From NCBI RefSeq assembly GCF_006345805.1, contig NC_042998.1, positions 207,266,001-207,330,000 on the forward strand: DNA of 64,000 nucleotides, in the 5' to 3' direction. This document shows, one piece after another, positions 47,030 to 60,028 of this stretch (position 1 is its first letter; each line of letters begins with the position of its first letter). The notes under the pieces were generated by a model, which saw only the letters and a list, made by a program, of their open reading frames with translations, was not told the DNA's origin and did not search any database. The translations under genes and the position numbers were made by a program. The stretch is from Octopus sinensis. Taxonomy: Eukaryota.

Positions 47030-50003
47030 CATTTCTGCTTAATGCCAAGGCATCAGCCCTTCCACCAATACACAAAAATGGAAGATAAGATTCCTGGAGG
47101 ACTGGGTCGAGGCCCATCCAAACCACATCCCTTTCTTCGTCCTCACTGAAACCCATCTTAGTGACCTCCACTTGGAAGCCGAGGTGAAAGTTAAAAATTT
47201 CAAAACCATTCGTGCTGATCGTGTTGGCAGAAGAAAGGGTGGGACTGCCATTTATGTCCATGATTCATTCTCAACAGAAGCCATGAACAATTTTCGAATG
47301 GATACTGCGAAGCAGTCGCTGTATTCAGTCAAACCAACAACTTAACAGTAGTTGGGCTCTACAGACCATCCCAAACGCCCCTACCATGCTTCAAGGAATG
47401 CCTCAACAGCATAAAGTGTTTCATTCAGCAGTGTCAACCTGACAACATTTTAATGATGGGAGATTTCAACCTTCCGGGGTTGACTGGTCTACAAACAGTC
47501 TGCCGCCAGGTTCTTCTCTCTCAACCCCTGACAGGGAGGCAGTGGAATCGCTTCTTGACTTCATGGATGACTTCTTCTTGTCCAACTGGTACTCGAACCA
47601 ACGAGATGTCACAAAAACGTCTTAGACTTAATTTTCAGCAATCACACTGATACTATCCACAATATTGCAGTGGAGAAAACCCTACTCTCCGACCATGACA
47701 TGGTTCTCTGTGATCTGAGATTTCACTGGCCAAAATGCAAAACAAATGTCATCCCTCCTGCTCATCCATTTGACACTATGGATTTCCACAATGCAAACTG
47801 GGAAGCGATCAATAATGATCTTGCACAAGTCGATTGGTCCTTCACGCACACATACACACCCACTAACATCAAAAAGTCCTGGCAGTCACTTGTAGACACC
47901 ATCACGAACATATGTGCAAGACACACCCCATTAAGATCTGCAAACAAATCTAAGTGTCGAATCCCTAGAAATAGAAAATCTCTCATAAGGAAAATTAAAA
48001 GAATCAACAAAAAGATCAACATGCTGAAATACTGTCAACAGCAACACACCAACCTGACTGCCATCTCGTCGCTAGAGATTAAAAAACATAAACTCCAAAA
48101 CAACATGATGTCTATCATCAATAGTCAGCGAAGAGCTGAAGAGGCCTGGGCCATAGAGAAGATCAAACTCAATCCCAAAGTGTTCTTTTCATTTGCAAAA
48201 AAACACAGAGTCACTGGTTCTACTGTTGGCCCTCTGATTGATGAAAATGGTACTCTTCAAGACAATGCAAAAACCATGGGAGAAATATTGCAGAAACAAT
48301 ATTGCTCTGTTTTCAGCAATCCTGATATGACTGATCTGGGCTGTATCAGTGATGTTACTCCCCAATACACTTTATCGGACATAACATTTGGCGCTCCTGA
48401 TGTCTTAGCAGCAACAAAGGAATGAAGCATAATTCAGCAGTAGGTCCCGATAGGTTCCCTGCTTGTGTCTTGAAGATGTGTCAAAACCAACTTGCACCCC
48501 CTCTAGCCAATCTGTGGCGGAACTCATTGGATGCTGGATATATACCAGAAGACCTTCTATCCCAGTCTGTTGTCCCAGTTTTCAAAAAAGGAAACAAATC
48601 GCTTGCCGTGAATTACCGTCCAATCTCACTCACCTCTCATATCATCAAGGTATTTGAGAGGGTGCTGAGATCGCGTATGACTCACTTCCTTGAGAGTCAT
48701 AATATGCTGAACCCCAACCAGCATGGATTCCGTAATGGGAGAGATTGCCTGACGCAGCTACTGCATCATTTTGATGACATTTTGAGAGCCTTGGGAGAGG
48801 GTTCCAACACTGATGTCATCTACCTTGATTTCAGCAAGGCCTTTGACAGGGTTGATCATAAGATCCTTCTGAGAAAGCTGTCCAATATTGGTGTCACTGG
48901 AAAGCTGCTGCATGGATCAAGTGCTCCTCTCTAACAGAACCCAACATGTTGTAGTCGAAGGAGTCAAATCCAGCCCAGCCAAAGTCAGCTGTGGTGTCCC
49001 ACAAGGCACTGTGTTGGGCCCACTTCTCTTCATCATCTACATAAATGATATTACTGACACCATCAAACACAGCACATCAGAACCTTCGCTGATGATTCCA
49101 AGCTCCAGAAGGTCATCAATGGCGTGGATGACCGAATAAACCTTCAGTCAGACCTACTGGCTGTTGTCCAATGGGCGGAAAAGAATAACATGTTGCTAAA
49201 TGAAGACAAATTCGAACTGATCCACTTTGGAAGGGAGGACGCTCTGAAACTCCCATACTCTCTTCCTTCTGGAGAAATTCTCATGGCATCCAACAACATC
49301 AGAGACCTGGGGGTAACAGTGGACAACAACATAAGCTGGGCTACACATATAAGCAGCAAAGTTGACATGGCCCGCAGAATGTGTTCCTGGATTCTCAGAA
49401 CCTTCCAGTCGAGAGATTCCCACGCTATTATCCTTCTCTTCTCCACTTTTGCCCGACCCCACCTTGAATACTGCTGTCCACTGTGGTCTCCCTACACAAA
49501 ACAAAATATTATGAGAATTGAAGCTCCCCAAAGGTCAATCACAAAAAAGATAGATGGCATGTCAGACCTTGACTACTGGGGTAGACTAGAGAAGCTGAAA
49601 TTGTATTCACTCCAACGACGCCGTGAACGCTACATTATCTGTATGATGTGGAAAATATTCCATCAGCACTGTCCGAATGATGTTGGCATCACCTTCAAAA
49701 TGCATCCAAGGCTTGGACCACGTGCCATCCGTCCACAACAAAAATCTAAATCGCATCACATAACGACAATACGGCACAACTATTTCACCTCAATTGGACC
49801 CGCTCTCTTCAACATTACACCAGGACACGTCAAAAAAAAGAAACTGACCACACAAAATTCAAGAAGTCTTTGGACAAATCCTTCAAACAGTACCGGACAA
49901 ACCACCCACACCCGGATATGTCTCCGCAAACAATAACTCTCTGCTCGAATGGGCTTGGTGCCCAAATCCTGAACTGAAAGACTTCGCCAGGTGGTGCTAT
50001 TAA
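47030..50003 (+). CDS. LINE ORF2: AP endonuclease plus reverse transcriptase (CR1-type), interrupted by ten -1 frameshifts
   Basis: LTETHL, GGTAIYV, LYRP, MGDFNLP, SDHDMV (APE); RPISLTS, QHGFR, YLDFSKAFD, GVPQGTVLGP, FADD (RT); RPHLEYC and LYSLQRRRERY (CR1-type C-terminus). Confidence 0.95.
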
Positions 50004-50090
50004 GTTAGACATGGCCTGGGCCAATACTGGCCAAAACCTTTCTAAGTTATTCTAAGTTAGTTATATATATATATATATATATATATATAG

Positions 50091-50124
<34 letters not shown>

Positions 50125-50348
50125 TACATGTATATATACACATATGTATGTATATATCAATATATATGTATTAATATAATATATATTATATATATATATA
50201 TATATATTATAGATATATATATATATATATATATGCATTTTATATAAAATATATATCACTATCTATCAGTCATTCAAGATATTAATTATGTGTATGTGTA
50301 TGTAGGTTTAGTTGTATCTATTTACATTTCCACACATCACACGTGTAA

Positions 50349-50384
<36 letters not shown>

Positions 50385-50608
50385 AAGTAAGTCACAAGAA
50401 GCAATATGTGAATTAATGTAGACTTCCTTGTATTCATATTTAGGGGTTATATATATTGATAGATATATATATATATTGATAGATAGATAGATAGATAGAT
50501 ATATAGATATTTGTATATATATATGTATGTATGTGTATGTATGTATTCTGTAAGTACTTATGTATGTATGTATGTATATATACACACACACACACATACA
50601 CACACACA

Positions 50609-50655
<47 letters not shown>

Positions 50656-50814
50656 ACACACAACACACATATATATATATATGTATTCATATAATAATAG
50701 AAGGGTGAAATTAATTATCATTTAATTAATCAATTAATTAATTAATTAATAATTAATAATTTTACCAAGTAGTTCGGTACATTAAAATAACCTTGTAAGG
50801 TAAAAATTATACAG

Positions 50815-50916
50815 ATATTCTATAATTATGAACATAATTACAACCAGGGGTCAGCTAATTGCTTCGAAGCAATGAGATGACCTCTGATTATAATTATGTT
50901 TATAATTATAGAATAT
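50815..50916. repeat. 39-bp imperfect inverted repeat enclosing a small hairpin
   Basis: ATATTCTATAATTATGAACATAATTAC..GGTCA versus TGACC..TATAATTATAGAATAT; inner ATTGCTTCGAAGCAAT. Confidence 0.8.
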
Positions 50917-51130
50917 TTCTATTTCTATTCATATGTATCAGTCTGATTTGTCGACTCCTACGAATGTCGCTAAACTACTTTGTGCCAATCGCTCTGCCTC
51001 CCTAATCTGAGTTCAAATTCCTTTCCAGATCAACTTTGCCCTTCATTCTTCTGGGGTTCATAAAGTACCAGTTCTATACTGAGGTCACTTCTCTCTATTT
51101 TTAATCTTTCTGCCTTTAATTATTTTTGTG

Positions 51131-51217
<87 letters not shown>

Positions 51218-51276
51218 GTCTCTCTATCTACCTGTCTGTCTGTCTATCTTTCTATGTATCTATCTATCATTATTAT

Positions 51277-51331
<55 letters not shown>

Positions 51332-51332
51332 G

Positions 51333-51522
51333 TTATCCAAACAAGAAAGCAAACAAAAAACACAACGCGAGGACGTGGAACAAATATAGTATTATTGGAT
51401 GCTCAAGAAAGAAGGAAGGTTTAACGTTTCGAGCGGAGCTCTTCGTCGAAAACATAGGAGAAGGAAAGATCCAGAGAAGGGAAGACAGAAGAAAAAAAAA
51501 TCGCCAACGGTACACACGAGGT
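51333..51522 (-). mobile_element. Penelope-like terminal fragment (family of 15266 and 57240), hammerhead core mutated
   Basis: Reverse complement of 15266-15450; minus strand TTCGACGAAGAGCTCCGCTCGAAACGTTAAAC. Confidence 0.7.
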
Positions 51523-52707
51523 CGGAGTAGAACTGCCTTTGGTAGTAATTACAGTTTGAAATCTATGAGGTATGGACTCGTACAAAAGTTTGAATTGTTT
51601 CCAAAGGAATTTTTGTCCATTCTTCAGCTAAAACAGTTTCCAGTTCTTGCAGTGATGATGGTGGAGGATATGGATTCCTTACTTGTTTTTCTAAAATGCA
51701 CCATAAATGTTCAATAATATTGAGATCTGGGGATTTTGGTGGCCAAATAAGATGTTCAACTTCACTAGAATGTTCCTCGTGCCATTCAGTAACAACTTTA
51801 ACTGTGTGAATTGGTGCATTATCGTCCTGAAAGATTGCATTTCCCTCCGGAAGCAGTTCCGCAACCATAGGATGAATTTGATCAGATGCTTAAATTGTCT
51901 TGACTATTCATTCTGCCATTGTGCCGGTGGATTTCCAAGATATAACCCCCCCCCCCCAGATCCTCATAGATCCTCATAGATCCTCATCCATGTTTAACAG
52001 TTGGAAGAAGGCAGTCTGGGTCAAATGCTTCTTTTGGCTGTCTCCACACGTATACTCGGCCAGTGGTCTGAGAAAATGACATTCTTCCATTGCTCTAGGG
52101 ACCAATTCTGTAGGTTTTTACTCCACTCTAAACGCTTTGCAACGTTTGTTTTTGAAAGTAGTGGTTTACTGATTGCAGCTCTCCCGTGAAATCCGGCTTT
52201 CTGCAGCTCCCGGCGAACAGTTTTCGTGGAAACTGGGTTCTCGAGGTGGTCATTAAGCTCTGCAGTTATTTTGGGAGCTGTACTTTTGTGATCCTTTCTA
52301 ACAATTCGCGTAAGAGTCCGACGGTCCCTATCTGAAAGTTTTGGTTTTCTTCCGGAGTTTTGTTTTGACGAGGAGATTTTTCCACTTTCTCAAAGGCTGT
52401 CGTTACTTTCGAGACAGTATTTCTTGATATACCAAACATTTCGGTTGTTTTCGTTACGTTAGCGCCTGCCATACGAGCACCCACAATTTGACCTCTTTGA
52501 AAGTCCGATAGATGTCATTTTAACGAAGTTTAATTACCTTTTTCTGGTGACATCTGAAAAGAAACAGCAATTTTAGCAAAACATATTAAGCAACACTAAT
52601 AATAAATTAAAAAACATAAAAATAAAGAAGATTTTGATGGTTTTATAGATATTTCAAAATTATGATGCTGTGATGCTAGGTGTGTCCATTATTTTATCCA
52701 ACCCCTG
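51523..52707 (-). mobile_element. Tc1-family transposon remnant with DD36E spacing; one TIR retained
   Basis: TA-CAGGGGTTGGATAAAATAATGGACAC end at 52707; DFQRGQIVGARMAG.., GRKPKLSDRDRR.., FQDDNAPIH..WPPKSPDLNIIEHLW with 36 residues between D and E; frameshifts and an internal deletion. Confidence 0.85.
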
Positions 52708-52851
52708 TAAATATATATATAGAATGTATGTATGTATGTATGTATGTATTTCACCTCAATTGTCCCTGTTGTCTTTAACATTGCCCCAAAACATATTAAA
52801 GCAGACTGAAGTGACTGAAGCAAGTAAAAGAATAAAAGAATACATACATAT

Positions 52852-52919
<68 letters not shown>

Positions 52920-53829
52920 GTATGTATGTATGTATGTATATATACATATGTGTGTATGTGTGTGTGTATATATGTATATATATATTTATATATATATACA
53001 TATATATTTCTATATATGTATGTATGTATGTGTATATATATACTGAGAGAGAGAGAGAGAGAAGGGGGGCGGCAAAGACACTAGCAGAGAGAAACAACAA
53101 TAAGAGTTTTATGTTTAACAAAATGGTAGAGAGATTACCTTTTAAGGAAATGCATTTCGATAGTTGAAAGCTTGAGCAATTATCTTTGATTTATTCTACA
53201 TAAAACCTTTTGGCACGTTTGTCATCGGTGGATTTTAATTAGCTAACTCTTGCTTCCATGTTAAATTCTCCCCTGAAAGTTGTATGGTCGAGCTAGTGGT
53301 GGTGGTGATGGCGGTAGTGGCTGTGTATGATGGTGATGGCAACGGTGGTGAGGGCAATGGTTGTGATGGTGGTAGTGGTGGCGATGGTGATGGTAGTAAA
53401 ACGGTGATGATGGTGTTCTTGATGGTGGTGATGATGGTGTCAGTGGTGGTGTTGATTCATTGTAATGGCGGTGATGGTAGTGATGGTAACAGTGGTGTTA
53501 GTAGTGGTGGTGGGGACGGTGTTGATTGTGTTGGTAGCGTCTTACATGGTACGGTATGAAACTTATGTGACGTTTGTGTGCATTTCAGGCGGCAGAATCT
53601 GTCGAGCGGGTAATTGGGTTCGGATAGGAGATAGTGATGCTGGCAGTGGTCGTAGCGGAGAGGGGTTGTGGTATTAGTAGCAGAAGAGACAAGTTTTCTC
53701 TTTATGGTATATGTGGTAGTTGTAGTAGTGGTTGCTGGTGTTGTAGTATTTTGACGGTCACTTGCATTTGTGTTGGTGTTAGTGGCGATGGTGATCATCT
53801 TTATGGGTTTGTTGTCGCTGTTGGTGGGG

Positions 53830-53836
53830 AAGATGG

Positions 53837-53867
<31 letters not shown>

Positions 53868-53941
53868 AGTGATGATGGTGATGATGATGATGATGATGAT
53901 GATGATAGTGATGATGGTGGTGATGATGATGATGATGATAG

Positions 53942-53979
<38 letters not shown>

Positions 53980-54079
53980 GTGATGGTGATGATGATGATG
54001 ATGATGATAGTGATGATGGTGATGATGATGATGATGATGATAGTGATGATGGTGATGATGATGATGATGATGATGATAG

Positions 54080-54125
<46 letters not shown>

Positions 54126-54217
54126 GATGATGATAATGATAGTGATGATGTTGATGATGATGATGATGATGATAGTGATGATGGTGATGATGATGATGAT
54201 GATGATAGTGATGATGG

Positions 54218-54248
<31 letters not shown>

Positions 54249-54250
54249 AG

Positions 54251-54320
<70 letters not shown>

Positions 54321-54516
54321 AGTGATGATGGTGATGATGATGATGATGATAGTGATGATGGTGATGATGATGATGATGATGATGATGATAGTGATGATGG
54401 TGATGATGATGATGATGATGGTGACGATGATGATGAAGGGAGTGATGATGATAGTGATGATGGTGGTGATGATGATGATGATGATAGTGATGATGATGAT
54501 GATGATGATGATGATG

Positions 54517-54548
<32 letters not shown>

Positions 54549-54594
54549 AGTGATGATGGTGATGATGATGATGATGATAGTGATGATGGTGATG

Positions 54595-54625
<31 letters not shown>

Positions 54626-54696
54626 GGATGATGATGATGATGATGATAGTGATGATGGTGATGATGAAGATGATGATAGTGATGATGGTGATGATG

Positions 54697-54728
<32 letters not shown>

Positions 54729-54780
54729 GATGATAGTGATGATGGTGATGATGATGATGATGATGATGATAGTGATGGAT
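53830..54780. repeat. About 950-bp (GAT)n array punctuated by GATAGTGATGATGGT
   Basis: Direct reading; GT-rich low complexity extends left to about 53290. Confidence 0.95.
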
Positions 54781-55029
54781 TGCATGTTACAATAATCTAT
54801 AAGAAAGATAAGCAGTGGAATATTCAAAGATGTTATTACAAATGCACACGAATTTACATACAAACACACATACATACATACACACGTATTAACTTGCCTC
54901 CCTCCCTCCCTCCCTACCTACCTACCTACATACCTACCTACCTCCCTAATTACCTACGTCCATGCATACTTGCATTTATACATTTCATGCAAACATGCAT
55001 ATACACACACATAAACAGAGGTAAACATG

Positions 55030-55332
55030 ATAATACATACATATATATACATTTATACACACGCATATATATACGCATATACATATATATATACGTATAT
55101 ATATGAATATATATATATAATATATATATATATAATATATATATACATATGCATATATATATATATATCTATATATATATAATATATATATATCTAATGT
55201 GTATATTATATTTGTATATATCTATATATATATGTTTATATTATATTTATATTATATATATATATATATATATACCTATGATATATGCATGTAGACATTG
55301 TATGTTCATTTTGTATATATATATATAGTATG

Positions 55333-55375
<43 letters not shown>

Positions 55376-55405
55376 GAAATATATATATATACATATATAT
55401 ATACA

Positions 55406-55459
<54 letters not shown>

Positions 55460-56342
55460 ATGTGTGTGTGTGTGTGTGTTACGTGTATGCATATGGTATA
55501 TGTGTATGTATATGTCTGTTGTCTGTGTATAAATACATATACACACACACATATAGATATATATACTTGCGTGATTGGAATATTACGTATTCATATATAT
55601 ATATATGTATGTATGTATACATACGCACACACATATGCTTACATACACACAGATATACATACATATATACATATATACAATATACACACACACATAAGAT
55701 ATATATATATATATGCATATATATATCTATATATCTATATATATATGCACTTATATATTATGTATTTACATGTATGTATGTAATGTATGTATGCATATCT
55801 TTACATTACATGTATGTGCACAGGCATATATGCATACTAACAAACTTACATGCTTGCATGCATTCGCGCAAGCACACATGTACAAACACCAACGTGTTGA
55901 AATGCAGATTTCCAAACTCACAGACCCACAACACATGCATATATATATGATAAATACTGAAGCGTAAAATCTGCACAAACAACACAGACACCGCCAATAG
56001 GCACAAATATATACAAAACACAAATGCACGCAACACACAACGCTCATACATATGCACAAAGCAATGGCGGCCATATACAGAAGCTGTATCGCCTCATAAT
56101 AAACAGCGTATAGTTTGTACGTTCGTACATCGAACATCAAGCTCGCTTCCACATAGCTATCCGTACGTAGATGTGGTCACGCGGTTGTTAATAATTCATG
56201 AGAAATTCCAAATGAATTTGCCTTGTTTTCTTTTCCTTTTTCTTAAATGTATTAAATTTGAAATTACCTTCCAATTTATTTGTTATAAATCTTGAACATC
56301 CACCGCTTCGTTTACGCATATTGCCGCTTTATTCATTCAAGA

Positions 56343-56395
<53 letters not shown>

Positions 56396-56396
56396 G

Positions 56397-56437
<41 letters not shown>

Positions 56438-56482
56438 AGCTATCTATCTAGCTATCTACTATCTATCTGTCTGTCTGTCCTG

Positions 56483-56513
<31 letters not shown>

Positions 56514-56606
56514 GTCTGTCTGTCTGTCATCTATCTATCTATCTATCTTCTATCTATCTATCTTCTGTCTATCTATCTAGCGATCTATCTATCTACTATC
56601 TATCTA

Positions 56607-56648
<42 letters not shown>

Positions 56649-56678
56649 GTCTGTCTGTCTGTCCTATCTATCTATCTA

Positions 56679-56730
<52 letters not shown>

Positions 56731-56776
56731 GTCTGTGAGGCTGTCTGTCTTTCAGTCAGTCTGCCTGTCTGCTTGT

Positions 56777-56820
<44 letters not shown>
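55030..56820. repeat. (TA)n/(CATA)n and (TCTA)n microsatellite field
   Basis: Direct reading. Confidence 0.9.
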
Positions 56821-56823
<3 letters not shown>

Positions 56824-56825
56824 AG

Positions 56826-57175
56826 CAATAATAAATCTCTGAACGAGGTATAAATAGTAGCTGCACGACATTGTGAAGTATATTTGTGACTTGAATGTGG
56901 TTAACCACTAAGGATGGATGCTACTGTAGCTTGTAGCCCCAGGAGAACATCTTCTCCAGCTGGCTATTGACACACTTTCTGTGCCCTATCAGTGTTTGCA
57001 AATGGATGCCATCCTTTCCATCGTCGACCTGACGTGATACGCGCGGTCCCGGGTTTCTGGTCAGTGCACGACAATCATCGATCTTCGATGCGAAGGTGTC
57101 CCAATGCAAATACATATATCCTTTTTCCAGTGACGAAAATTCCCTGATCTCGAAAAAGTGTAAACAAGCTTGTGT
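56826..57175 (-). mobile_element. About 350-bp diverged relative of the 30658-31038 unit, circularly permuted, with a degenerate hammerhead
   Basis: Shares CAATAATAAATCTCT..CGAGGTATAA, TGAATGTGG, TAGCCC(C)AGG and GGTTTC at matching offsets modulo 353. Confidence 0.55.
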
Positions 57176-57239
57176 ATATACATACATACATACATACATA
57201 CATACATACATACATACATACATACATACATACATAATG

Positions 57240-57450
57240 TGACTGCGTGTGTACCGTTGGCGACTTTTTTCCTCCGTCTTCCCTTCTCTGGATCTTTCCT
57301 TTTCCTATGTTTCTGACGAAGAGCTCCGCTCGAAACGTTAAACCCTCCTTCTTCCCTTCCTTCCTGAGCGTCCAATAATACCATATTTGTTCCACGTCCT
57401 CGTGTTGCTGTTTTCATGTTCTTTGTGTTTTCATGTTTGGATTAACTATA
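57240..57450 (+). mobile_element. Penelope-like terminal fragment
   Basis: Same family as 15266-15450 and 51333-51522. Confidence 0.7.
57309..57343 (+). ncRNA. Minimal type I hammerhead motif
   Basis: GUUU-CUGACGA-A-GAGC ucc GCUC-GAAACGUU-AAAC; loopless palindromic stem III, so a dimer would be required; extra A before stem II. Confidence 0.6.
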
Positions 57451-57854
57451 TATATATATATATATATATAATCAACAGATCTATGGCTAAACCTTTAAAA
57501 AAATCTTTTTGTTAACTTCCCTCGCTCTCAACCCGTCTCCATGTGATAAATAAAGTAGTTTTAGAGTCATTTGACATCTTTTTCTAGCATGTAGCACTGC
57601 CGTGTAGTTTTCACTCATCATAATTTTTATAGAAAATTATATAGCCCGTATTAACTTAGATCTAAAAGGTATTACATGCTAGCTACCTTATAAAATCCTA
57701 TATAGATTTTATTTTTGATAATAGGAGAGCGCAGACCTCTGCTAATCAGCTCATTTCCATGCTGAAAATTGCCCAATTTTCAAGCCAACACCGGCAGAAA
57801 CATAACCTCCTTGGCAGGGTTAAAAAGAAATAACACATCCATATGGTTTTAAGT

Positions 57855-58165
57855 GGAGGCGCAATGGCCCAGTGGTTAGGGCAGCGGACTCGCGGTCGGA
57901 GGATCGCGGTTTCGATTTTCAGTCCGGGCGTTGTGTGTGTTTATTGAGCGAAAACACATAAAGCTCCACGAGGGTCCGGCAGGGGGTGGTGGCGATCCCT
58001 GTTGTACTCTCTTTCGCCCCAACTTTCTCTCACTCTCTCTTCCTGTTTCTTGAGTAACGCTGCGATGGACTGGCGTCCCGTCCAGCTGGGGTGGGGGGAC
58101 ACATGCGACACAGAAACCGGGTCCATGAGCCTGGCTCGGCTTCAAAAAGGGCGCATAAATGAATA
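57855..58165 (+). mobile_element. SINE of the B/D group (variant tail)
   Basis: GGAGGCGCAATGGCCCAGTGGTTAGGGCAGCGGACTCGCGGTC head. Confidence 0.8.
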
Positions 58166-58444
58166 TGATTTTAAAGAAAAATCCCTTTAAAAACAGAAAT
58201 CATCCGAAGCAGTTATAATACATCAATAACCAGAGCAAACTAGTTTCACCTCACAACTAAAAAGAAACAACAATTACCTAAAACTTGAGTGATACGCACA
58301 CAACGCGAGTAAAATTACTAATAGAGACACAAAAATAAACTTTGGAAATAGCAACGCCACCATAGGTTACGTTGAAACGATGAACGTGTTTTCAAGGAAG
58401 ATAATCAAAGAATGTAACGTAATACTTCATGTAAGTTAAATATA

Positions 58445-58646
58445 ACAAATGAAAAATCCTTCAAGAATCCATATAAAATTCCCGGATCACTACCAAAATT
58501 TCATCTGTTCCTTGTGTCATTAACAACTTTTCCTGCAAGTTTCATCAAATACCATTTGGAAATTTTTGAGTTATTTTGCACACAGACGGACAGACGGACA
58601 AACCAACGCCGATAAAAACATAACCTCCTTCCTTGGTGGAGGTAAC
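58445..58646 (+). mobile_element. Helentron/DINE-like non-autonomous element end
   Basis: AAGTTTCATCAAA.., (GACA/GACG)n tract, then AAAACATAACCTCC..GGAGGTAA terminal hairpin; related end at 57795-57830. Confidence 0.45.
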
Positions 58647-58924
58647 AATATATATATAATTCAACGTTCAAATACTAATAGAACTTTTAGAGCAGAAGAG
58701 CTTGTCGGCAACCAGCCATGAGGAACGAACTCACACCCCTCTAATATCCGGTCATAGTGCTTTACCTTTAAGCTAAACTGCCGACGGACAAATTCTTCTG
58801 CAATTTTAGAAGTTATAACGTCATCCAGAAATGCTAGATGTCATGTAGATTACGTAATATGTAAACAAACATAAGTTTAAGTTTGTTTACATAGACTGAA
58901 TTCTTGGTTGGACGGTGGATCGAT

Positions 58925-59755
58925 CGAGCTATGGAGTGCTCAATGGTGCAACCAGGATTACTGACATGGATTTTGCCGATGATGCGGTTTATTAATGCTG
59001 AGTCTCTGGGTATTTAAAAGAGTGCTCTCCTTTCACTAAGTGAAAAAGCGGAACCACTTAGCCTTAGAATTTCATGGGTCGAAACAAAGATCCAGTTCTT
59101 CGTTGGCTCCCTGAGGGACTTCATCTCGTCTGTCTCTGTTGCGGGTGTGAATGTAGAACTTGCCGAGCGCTTCTATTATCTCGGCAGTATGATTCATCGC
59201 AGCATTAGTTGAAAGCCAGAAATCTTAAAAAGGCTCGGCCTTGCTGGTGCAGTTGGGCACTCCCTGGACAAAGGAGTCTGGCGCTGCTGATATCTGAACA
59301 GGAGGACAAAGGTTTGAGTCTTCAGGGCCCTTATCCACCCTGTCTTACTCTACAGCTGCGAGATTTTGACACTCTTCCTTAGGAAACGCATGAATACTTT
59401 TGGTACCAGGACGTTTTGCAGGATCATGGATTATCATTGCTCGGATTTCGTATCCAACCAACGATTCTACGCATGAACTGGGATGTGACTTGTAACTTGC
59501 ATGATTCGAGCCCGTTATCTCAGCCTAGTTACGCTGCTCGACTTTTCAAGTTGGATTTTGCATGTTCTATTCTCTTTTCTGAGGATCCGGCTGGGTGACG
59601 GCTCATGTTGGTCGGTTACATGCCAAATGGTCACGGCAGATAAGGAACGGTCTCGCAAACATGGGGAATTATTGGGACTCTATTCAGAGGTTTCCCGGGA
59701 CGACCCGAGCAAATTCTAACAAATGATGACTGCAGAGACTCGTCGCTACAACACA
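58925..59755 (+). mobile_element. RTE-clade LINE fragment (RT C-terminal half), decayed
   Basis: ITDMDFADDAV..LRISWVETKIQ..VELAERFYYLGS..ILKRLGLA..PVLLYSCE; multiple stops. Confidence 0.8.
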
Positions 59756-59980
59756 TTCGCTTAAAACCAGCTTTTTAAACAAAGGATTTTAAAAGCTTAT
59801 TCAGGGACAACAAGATGGCGGTTCCTAATGAATTTTTTAAAAAAAGATTAAGTAAAATACATACTAATTGTTACTTCTTGATGAGATCATGTGAGAGTCG
59901 AACCGTCTCTAAAACACAGGGACAACGCTGAGAGGATATGGAAGGAATAACATTCTCTACCTAGCAGACGACAGCCCTCT

Positions 59981-60028
<48 letters not shown>

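Larger units (their letters stand above)
45377..50062 (+). mobile_element. Near full-length CR1-type LINE inserted in (TA)n
   Basis: Begins CATTCG; A-rich 5' UTR, ORF1, APE-RT ORF2, short 3' UTR with a TTCTAAG-repeat tail; 5' end inferred. Confidence 0.9.
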
